Shown here in pieces: positions 57,425 through 64,000 of a DNA stretch of 64,000 nucleotides. The notes under the pieces are model-generated. The model was not told the DNA's origin, did no database searches, and was given only the letters and a program-made list of their open reading frames with translations. Position numbers and translations under genes: made by a program. This stretch comes from Muribaculaceae bacterium. GTDB taxonomy: Bacteria > Bacteroidota > Bacteroidia > Bacteroidales > Muribaculaceae. Every line of letters begins with the position of its first letter. The first letter of the stretch is position 1. Location: NCBI GenBank assembly GCA_029055345.1, contig JAIDDJ010000033.1, positions 13,381-77,380 of the forward strand. Direction: 5' to 3'.

Positions 57425-59086
57425 TTACTTGATTTTGCTTACGAAATTTCGAAGTTGATCGTTATTAGGATCCTGTGCAAGTGCACGGTTGTAGTACATC
57501 TTCGCCTTCTCGTCAATACGAGCTTTCTCATAGTAGTGATTGCCCAGATATACATTGATATCCTTTGCATCACTCTTGTACTTGTTGGGAACAGCCTTGC
57601 CTTCGGCAATATTGTTTGCAATCATTGTCTCCAGTAAGTCAGAGGCCTTCTCGTAGTCTGCTACAGCTGCTGATTCTGCTGCGTCTGCTGTTGGAGCGGT
57701 TTGCTTAGCAATGTCTCCGTAGATCTTATAGGGCATATAGTTCTCCGGAAGAATTTCAGCTGCCTTGGTTGCGTTTTCTTTCGCTGCTTCGAAATATTTA
57801 GTGGCCTTTGCCTGATCATTCTTATTTTCGATGCCGGCGTAGAAATCAAATGTAGCTTGCTGAACATAATCATTATAGCCAGGTTCGATCTTCTTCATAT
57901 ATTCGGCATATGAATCAGCTGCATCAGTCAGATCATTCTTATCTATATATGTCATGGCGAGAGTCTTATTGAAGTCTGCAAAATCGGGTATTTCCTTTAT
58001 ACCTGCTTTGAGCACCTCGATAGCTTCGTCAGGACGGCCTGCATTCTGGAATTCATATGCTACCAGATTGAAGTCAATGGGAGCAAAACGGTTATTCTTT
58101 GGATCAGCCTTATATCTTGCGAATAATTTCTCTGCAAGTGGAAGAAGCTGATCTTTCATTTCAGGAATCTGGGCAGCGTTCATGAACTGATAGCGCTGCG
58201 CTGTGAAGTTGTTCGGATCTTCCTTTAGCAATTTGGTTGCATAATCGTAACCCTTCTGATAATCCTGACCGTAGAAGAGAAGGAACGCATAGCGGTTCTC
58301 ATCGCTTTTGAAGTGACTCGGGTTCTGAACATACTTGCCATATTCAGCTGCAGCTTTTGCATATTCTTTCTTATTGTAGTATGCATTGGCGAGTTCGCGC
58401 TGGCCAAGAGCTGAGTTCGGATTTTCCTTCAGAAGGTTACCAAGCATCTTTATCGCGAAATCAGGATTCACCATTGTATAAAGGTTGGCATATTTCACAT
58501 AAGCAGCTGTGGCCTTTGGATTATAGTTCGTAGCCATTTCATACATTCCCGCTGCGCGGCCCCAATCTTTATTCTCACGGTGCTGATCGCCTTCGAACAT
58601 GTAGATATCAGGATTCTCCATATTGAATTTACGGGCCTTCTCTACTTGCTTTGCTATCTGCTTCTCGTATTTTACGGGATCTACACGATCGTATGCGCGG
58701 GCAATAGCTATCTGAAGAGATGCATCTTTCTTTGAGTTCTTGTCGGCTTGCTTGAACAGATTTTCAGCCTCTTTTTGATCACCTTGCATGAGCTTCAGAA
58801 GTCCCTCACCTACATAGTTGTATGGATATTGAGGATTAGCTGCCAATCCGGCTGAAAAATATTTTGCCGCTTCTGCCTGATTGTTCTGATCCACAGCAAT
58901 CATGCCCAGATAGTAATTGCTCACGGCTTTGTCAGTCTGACCGTTGCTGAGACTGCGCTGGAGAAGATCTTTTGCATTCTCAAGTTGGTCTGCCTTATAA
59001 TACTCCTCTCCCTCGATGTGAGTCTGTGCGAATGCTCCAAGTGATGCGCATGCCAGACTTAATGTTAGAATTCTTCTGAGTTTCAT
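57425..59086 (-). CDS. Periplasmic tetratricopeptide-repeat protein
   Basis: Signal peptide ending AFA-Q; repeated A..YY..A...NP TPR helices. Confidence 0.88.
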   Translation of the reverse strand: MKLRRILTLSLACASLGAFAQTHIEGEEYYKADQLENAKDLLQRSLSNGQTDKAVSNYYLGMIAVDQNNQAEAAKYFSAGLAANPQYPYNYVGEGLLKLMQGDQKEAENLFKQADKNSKKDASLQIAIARAYDRVDPVKYEKQIAKQVEKARKFNMENPDIYMFEGDQHRENKDWGRAAGMYEMATNYNPKATAAYVKYANLYTMVNPDFAIKMLGNLLKENPNSALGQRELANAYYNKKEYAKAAAEYGKYVQNPSHFKSDENRYAFLLFYGQDYQKGYDYATKLLKEDPNNFTAQRYQFMNAAQIPEMKDQLLPLAEKLFARYKADPKNNRFAPIDFNLVAYEFQNAGRPDEAIEVLKAGIKEIPDFADFNKTLAMTYIDKNDLTDAADSYAEYMKKIEPGYNDYVQQATFDFYAGIENKNDQAKATKYFEAAKENATKAAEILPENYMPYKIYGDIAKQTAPTADAAESAAVADYEKASDLLETMIANNIAEGKAVPNKYKSDAKDINVYLGNHYYEKARIDEKAKMYYNRALAQDPNNDQLRNFVSKIK

Positions 59087-59168
59087 TCTATTTTATTTTT
59101 TCGTTTGTTCCTTTGATTGATTATTTCTCTTTTGGTTTATTTTAGCCTTAATCCTGCATCTAATCTTG

Positions 59169-59202
59169 CAAAATCCTGCCGACCTCAAGCCAGCAGGATT
59201 TG
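59169..59202 (-). terminator. Intergenic hairpin (partial terminator or mRNA stabiliser)
   Basis: AAATCCTGC-N13-GCAGGATTT. Confidence 0.55.
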
Positions 59203-59225
59203 AATGATATGTGAACGTAGATTAA

Positions 59226-60230
59226 TTACTTAAGCTCTACGACACGGGCATTCATATGATAAGGCAAAATTCCTGTCTTTGATATTATTTTCTGGCCGGC
59301 GAAGCCTGTTACAAACATGTAGAAGCTATTAAGTACGCTCGACTTCGAGGCCGTCGATATCATATATACCTTTCTAAATAACGGATATTCGCCCGAATTT
59401 ATATATACCTGATAAGGTTTATATGCGATAGGATTGAAGTCATTTTCTTCAGTCGGATTGCTCACCTTGAGTATATTTACCTCAGTGGTAAGATTTGTGG
59501 CGACTGTATCGTTCTCATTTTTATAATCTTCGTAGCGCTGGTCGACAGGGATTTTCTTAGCTTCGCTTAGATCGTCACCGAGCCAGCTGACGCTGATTAC
59601 GCCCAGAGCGTTGCGGTCTTTCTTGACTATGTCAAACACTGCGGCATTGTCTTTCTGTGCATAGGCATTCGGATTATCGGAAATTTTTTTGCCTTCAGGC
59701 AGAAATTTGTCGCGTAAATAGCTTACGGTAGAGCTGCCCGCGTTATCGAATACGATTTTTATCGCCGTCGTGTCATTCCCTGCAATCTGACTCCAGCGAG
59801 TCGTCTTCCCATTGAGAATATTAGAAATTTCCTCCATGGATACAGATGTGACGCTGTTCTCTTTATTTGTAATGAGCGCCACTGCATCAACCGCTATACA
59901 ATGAGAACGAACGATTCTTTTGTATTTACTTTTCAAATAATCTTTCTGCTCCTGAGTCAGCTCCCGAGTTACTATAATGGCTTGAGTCCCATCGTTCATA
60001 AGGGTATCGATGGCATCTTGCTCGCTAACATAAAAGGGTAATATCGACGAGCCGGGGTAGGAAAACTCAAACACGTCGATTTCCTCCTCAAGCACGTTTT
60101 TGAAACCGTCATCGCAGAAAAGAGATGCGCTCCCTTTTGCGTATTCTCCGCGTTGAACCTTTGCGCATGATGCCAACCCGAGTGTTGTCAAGGCTGCTAA
60201 TCCTATGGCCGCTATCTTTAGTGTCTTCAC
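59226..60230 (-). CDS. PstS-like (PBP_like) substrate-binding lipoprotein
   Basis: GTG start at 60230; lipobox LASC; IAVDAVALI, SSTV..L, ALGVIS, GEYPLFR, GQKII..G. Confidence 0.85.
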   Translation of the reverse strand: MKTLKIAAIGLAALTTLGLASCAKVQRGEYAKGSASLFCDDGFKNVLEEEIDVFEFSYPGSSILPFYVSEQDAIDTLMNDGTQAIIVTRELTQEQKDYLKSKYKRIVRSHCIAVDAVALITNKENSVTSVSMEEISNILNGKTTRWSQIAGNDTTAIKIVFDNAGSSTVSYLRDKFLPEGKKISDNPNAYAQKDNAAVFDIVKKDRNALGVISVSWLGDDLSEAKKIPVDQRYEDYKNENDTVATNLTTEVNILKVSNPTEENDFNPIAYKPYQVYINSGEYPLFRKVYMISTASKSSVLNSFYMFVTGFAGQKIISKTGILPYHMNARVVELK

Positions 60231-60301
60231 TTTATTTTGATTTAAGGTTTCAGGTCTAATGTGGATTATTGTGATCGAAGTGGCTAATGTTCCGATAATT
60301 A

Positions 60302-60514
60302 TCAGTTCCAACCTTTATATAGCCGGATGCCACGCCAAATGCCGTAGAGACATAAAAGTCCTCCTACCACATAATTGACTACCTGATTGTCAATATTGAA
60401 CACATCGAATATGAACAATAATCCGACGCAAAGATACACCAATACCATTAAGATTCCGAACACGAGTCTTGCGCCCTTTGAGCCCGACTCTCCGTTATTT
60501 CCATAATTTGCCAT
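60302..60514 (-). CDS. Small two-TM membrane protein (70 aa)
   Basis: FGILMVLVYLCVG..LYGIWRGIR; lies within the tonB-PstS-like cluster. Confidence 0.75.
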   Translation of the reverse strand: MANYGNNGESGSKGARLVFGILMVLVYLCVGLLFIFDVFNIDNQVVNYVVGGLLCLYGIWRGIRLYKGWN

Positions 60515-60601
60515 GATTCTGAGTTTTTTGTTATCTTTTATTATTTTAACAATTCATATAGTTATTAGTTTTTCCAACCATGAATTTTTATTATCTTCAG
60601 G

Positions 60602-60661
60602 GCTGATAATAAGATTGTGTCGTATAAAATAGCTGATAATAAGATTGTGTTCCATAAAATA
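60602..60661. repeat. 30-bp direct tandem duplication
   Basis: GCTGATAATAAGATTGTGTCGTATAAAATA then GCTGATAATAAGATTGTGTTCCATAAAATA. Confidence 0.9.
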
Positions 60662-60693
60662 GAGGAGGAGAGTCCGTTCGGACCCTCCTCCTC
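60655..60693 (-). terminator. Terminator after tonB
   Basis: Minus strand GAGGAGGAGGGTCC-gaac-GGACTCTCCTCCTC followed by TATTTT. Confidence 0.8.
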
Positions 60694-60716
60694 GAAAGTT
60701 ATGATAGGAATCTCAA

Positions 60717-61595
60717 TTATTGAGTCTGGAGCTTGAATGTCACGGGGAGCGTAAAGTAGCTTCGCACTGCGACACCATTGTTCTTGCCGGGCTGCCATTT
60801 AGGCATCTTCTTCACCACGCGGATAGCCTCGCGGTCAAGATCTTTGTCTACACCCTTGGCAATCTGAACATTTCCTATAGAACCATCCTTCTCAACCACG
60901 AATTTTACAATTACACGGCCTTGGATGTCATTCTGCTGAGCTGCTTCAGGATAACGGATGTTATTGCTCAGATACTTCATAAGAGCTGCCTGACCGCCGG
61001 GGAATTCTGCCTGCTGTTCTACCGCTACGAAGATTTCATCTTCTTTCGGTTTTTCTTTCACTTCAGGTTCGGGCTCTTTTACGACTACCTGCTCCTGAAC
61101 TGCCTTGAACTTATCGGCATCATCGCTACCTTCCTGAGTTACAACACCGCGGGCGGTATTGTCTTCCTTCTGCTCATCCATCGACATCACCTCGTTCTTC
61201 ACCTTATCGGCTTCAACGATGGCAATCTGAGTCACCTGGACTGTGGCAAGGACCTCCTCGGGTACGGTTACCTCCGGCTGCTCGAATTTCTGCTCTTCCG
61301 GTTCCGGCTCATCGGGAGTTTCCTCTTCTGCCTGTTCTATCTGGGCGGCGAGCATCTTCTCTCGCTGCTCCTTAAGTTCAAGCTGACGCTGTTCCTCGCG
61401 ATAGTCGGAGTATTTGCTGTATGCAAGGATCAAAAGGACTATCACAACCAGACCTACTATCATGTATAGGAAGGCCATATTGTGGCGACGATCGCTCGCC
61501 TTACGGAGCTGGTATGCTCCGAATTCCTGATTCTTGTCGGCGAAAATTAGGTCACGCCATTCCGCCGATGTCAGATCCACACTTCTTTTACCCAT
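60717..61595 (-). CDS. tonB: Energy transducer TonB
   Basis: TM anchor, EPEP linker, FPGG..YPEAA..GRVIVKFVVEKDG..LPVTF. Confidence 0.95.
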   Translation of the reverse strand: MGKRSVDLTSAEWRDLIFADKNQEFGAYQLRKASDRRHNMAFLYMIVGLVVIVLLILAYSKYSDYREEQRQLELKEQREKMLAAQIEQAEEETPDEPEPEEQKFEQPEVTVPEEVLATVQVTQIAIVEADKVKNEVMSMDEQKEDNTARGVVTQEGSDDADKFKAVQEQVVVKEPEPEVKEKPKEDEIFVAVEQQAEFPGGQAALMKYLSNNIRYPEAAQQNDIQGRVIVKFVVEKDGSIGNVQIAKGVDKDLDREAIRVVKKMPKWQPGKNNGVAVRSYFTLPVTFKLQTQ

Positions 61596-61631
61596 TTCTT
61601 TCTGTCGGTTTAAAGGTTATTAAATCTAACA

Positions 61632-62408
61632 TTAATTATGATGACGGTTCTGATAGTCGATCACCATAACAGAATCGGCCTTGGTCATGTTGTCAATCTG
61701 ATATTTGGAAATCGAGTTGATCTGCATTTCGTCGAGCACTGACACAAGACTACCGAACGAAGCCTGAGGTGTCGACTTGATGATGATAACGGGTTTCTTC
61801 AGATTTTCATCTTTTCTGACTTTCGACGCTGCCTCATCGTAAGCGGCCTGTGCTTTCTCACGGCCTTCTTTTGTCTCGAGGCTACCGAAGCCGCCATCAT
61901 GATATTTCTTCTTGAGGGCGTTTACTTCAGTGAGGACTTCCTTATTACGCTCCTGAATGATCGCGCGGATACCGCGGGCCTTCTGGGTCTTTTCATCGTT
62001 GCTAAGGAATTCGGATACCTGAAGGTTGTTGTTGGCTGCTATCTGGTCAGGAGAGTCTCCGAGACCGTTCGGGCCGCCGGGCTTGCCGAAATAGTAATAT
62101 ACTACCGGCACAACCTTGCCATTTACTGTGTCTACTTCCATCGAACCGGTTTTGCGCTTCGCGTCAAGAATAATGGTCACTGCATCATCTTCTGATGCCT
62201 GCGACATGTTCTCGACATTGTCTACTTTTTCGTTCGAGGGCAGGGCTATTGTCAGGGTCTGTGACTTGATCATTGTCGTACAGAGCATGAAGAACGTGAT
62301 AAGCAACATGTTCATGTCGACCATCGGCGTGAAATCCACGCGGATCTGCATCTTTTTCTGGTGGCCTTTCTTGCCCTTGCCACCATCATTTTGTTGAACT
62401 TCTGCCAT
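61632..62408 (-). CDS. exbD: ExbD/TolR family protein
   Basis: VDFTPMVDMNMLLITFFML, VLDEM. Confidence 0.93.
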   Translation of the reverse strand: MAEVQQNDGGKGKKGHQKKMQIRVDFTPMVDMNMLLITFFMLCTTMIKSQTLTIALPSNEKVDNVENMSQASEDDAVTIILDAKRKTGSMEVDTVNGKVVPVVYYYFGKPGGPNGLGDSPDQIAANNNLQVSEFLSNDEKTQKARGIRAIIQERNKEVLTEVNALKKKYHDGGFGSLETKEGREKAQAAYDEAASKVRKDENLKKPVIIIKSTPQASFGSLVSVLDEMQINSISKYQIDNMTKADSVMVIDYQNRHHN

Positions 62409-62413
62409 TTTTC

Positions 62414-63139
62414 TTATTCTTCTGCCCCTTTCAGAGCTGTCAATAACGTAAACTTATTCATGTGGATCGTCTGAAGGTTGTCCATTACGAGATGAACTAT
62501 ATCAAACGATGTGTTCTGGTCGGCCTTGATGGCCACACCTGTGCCATCCTTGATGGCATTCACGAGATTCTCATTTGAGCTCTGGCGCATGGCTTTCATC
62601 CACATCTGGAACTCATTGGGGTTCTGATCGTTCTGATTCCATGAAATTGGAATTCCGGTCGGATGATTGGGATCATCATCGCCCTCAAGCCATTTGTCCA
62701 TCTTTGTCTGGCCCTCCGGCTGATTGATGAGATCAAGAAATTCTCCCATCTTAGCCAAAGGTACGCCGAATGCACCTTGCTTGCTGAAAGTGATCTTCTG
62801 CTCGTCTGTGAATTTCACAGGGTTGTTCTTATGTGTCTCATTATAGATCTCGGCCACTTTGTCGAGAACAGCGATACGCATCTTTTCGTTGCTCCAGTTC
62901 GCACTGGTATCGTTGTTCATCGTCAGCCAGACCTTGCCCTCCGGATTCACAAGCACCTGCACTACATTCGTCTCCTGGACTTTCTCGGTCGATACCGAGG
63001 CCGGAGTGATTACCGTTGCAGGCTCCTTCGAAAGGAAGGTTGAGGTCAACATGAAGAAGGTAAGCAGAAGCACTGTCACATCACTCATCGCCGTCATGTC
63101 GATGAATGTGCTCTTCTTTGCTATCTTTACTCTTCCCAT
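62414..63139 (-). CDS. exbD: ExbD/TolR family protein
   Basis: IDMTAMSDVTVLLLTFFML, IKAD..VMD. Confidence 0.93.
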   Translation of the reverse strand: MGRVKIAKKSTFIDMTAMSDVTVLLLTFFMLTSTFLSKEPATVITPASVSTEKVQETNVVQVLVNPEGKVWLTMNNDTSANWSNEKMRIAVLDKVAEIYNETHKNNPVKFTDEQKITFSKQGAFGVPLAKMGEFLDLINQPEGQTKMDKWLEGDDDPNHPTGIPISWNQNDQNPNEFQMWMKAMRQSSNENLVNAIKDGTGVAIKADQNTSFDIVHLVMDNLQTIHMNKFTLLTALKGAEE

Positions 63140-63191
63140 AGTTGCTATTAACTTTTATCGGTTTGTGTGTAAGAGGTTACGTTATCTCCTT

Positions 63192-63998
63192 TTATTTGTG
63201 AGTAGCTGCATAAGTGGCTACGATGGAGAAACCGATTTCGTCGATAGCGTACGAGAGGTTGTCGATCTTATTTGTAAAGAAGTTGTAGGATATTACAGCG
63301 AACGCACCGGTTGCGATACCGAAGGCTGTGTTCACAAGTGCCTCCGAGATACCGGTTGACAGCTCTGTAGAGTCAGGTGAACCGGATGCTGCAAGTGCCT
63401 GGAATGATTTGATCATACCCATAACGGTTCCGAGAAGTCCGACAAGTGTACCGAGTGTTGTCAGGGTTGCCACGATCGGAAGGTTCTGTGAAAGAGCCGG
63501 CATCTCGAGTGCGGTTGCCTCTTCTACTGAGTTGCGGAGGGTTGTAAGCTTCTGCTCCTTGCTGAGCACATCGTTTGCATCCATTTCTTTGTACTTCACG
63601 AGTGTGCTGTAAACTACAGCTGCTACCGAACCCTTCTGGTCCTTACAACGCTTCATGGCTGCATCGATGTTGTTGGCTGCGAGGTCGGCCTTGATGTCGG
63701 CAACGAACTTGGTGGTGTTGCCACGACCTGTTGCTGATGAAAGAGCAATCCAACGTTCGATTGAAAGTACAATCACTGTAAGAAGAAGTGTCATCAGGAT
63801 AGGCACGATGAAACCGCCCTTGTAAACTGTACCGGCGAGGTTCAGTGGATGTCCGTCGGTTGAACCGCCTTCGAAGTTACCGCTGTAGCCCATTCCAAAG
63901 AGGAAGATGCATACTGCAGCAGCTGCGCAGCAGAGGATTACGATGAACGCGTTCTTGATGCCGCGGATCTGGCTGATCTTTTCTTCTTTCTTGATCTT
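63192..63998 (-). CDS. exbB: MotA/TolQ/ExbB proton channel, 5'-truncated by the window edge
   Basis: GLLGTVMGMIKSF, GISEALVNTAFGI; frame is open to the end of the window. Confidence 0.95.
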   Translation of the reverse strand, partial: KIKKEEKISQIRGIKNAFIVILCCAAAAVCIFLFGMGYSGNFEGGSTDGHPLNLAGTVYKGGFIVPILMTLLLTVIVLSIERWIALSSATGRGNTTKFVADIKADLAANNIDAAMKRCKDQKGSVAAVVYSTLVKYKEMDANDVLSKEQKLTTLRNSVEEATALEMPALSQNLPIVATLTTLGTLVGLLGTVMGMIKSFQALAASGSPDSTELSTGISEALVNTAFGIATGAFAVISYNFFTNKIDNLSYAIDEIGFSIVATYAATHK

Positions 63999-64000
63999 AG

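Noticed and set aside
60565-60798. 77-aa ORF spanning the tonB end and the tandem duplication
   Set aside because: It overlaps tonB out of frame and crosses a terminator; its repeated peptide merely reflects the DNA duplication.
60720-61469. 249-aa antisense ORF opposite tonB (likewise 3261-4004, 20708-21364, 52640-53173 and 50582-51124)
   Set aside because: They lie fully antisense to well-recognised conserved genes and have no motifs; they are explained by codon bias on the coding strand.

Overview
A 64-kb chromosomal segment from a Bacteroidales bacterium, probably Muribaculaceae-like (inferred from gene order, TAnnTTTG promoters and T9SS cargo). Most of it is core genome: tig-clpP-clpX, recQ, a PPIase/SurA/OstA-like/mutL cluster, malQ, nrdJ, fbp, DAHP synthase-chorismate mutase, bioA-bioF-bioGC plus a distant bioD, priA, sufT-lpxH, glyA, nqrABCDEF and exbB-exbD-exbD-tonB-PstS-like-TPR. 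I saw no rRNA, tRNA or CRISPR array. The most interesting accessory signals are: (1) a four-gene operon in which every product carries a cysteine pair (TlpA thioredoxin, DUF6029-like outer-membrane barrel, Omp28-like lipoprotein, T9SS cargo), a candidate thiol-redox relay across the outer membrane; (2) a two-gene starch module without SusC/SusD, inserted into a housekeeping operon behind a Cur (BT4338)-like box; (3) a candidate ~85-nt sRNA with its own promoter, terminator and Cur-like box; (4) a family of IS5-type MITE-like structured repeats with covarying hairpins, an IS5 transposase relic and a tandem array of element-end-like units; (5) a perfect sigma-54 motif upstream of clpP. All calls come from reading the sequence and recognising motifs; no searches were run.
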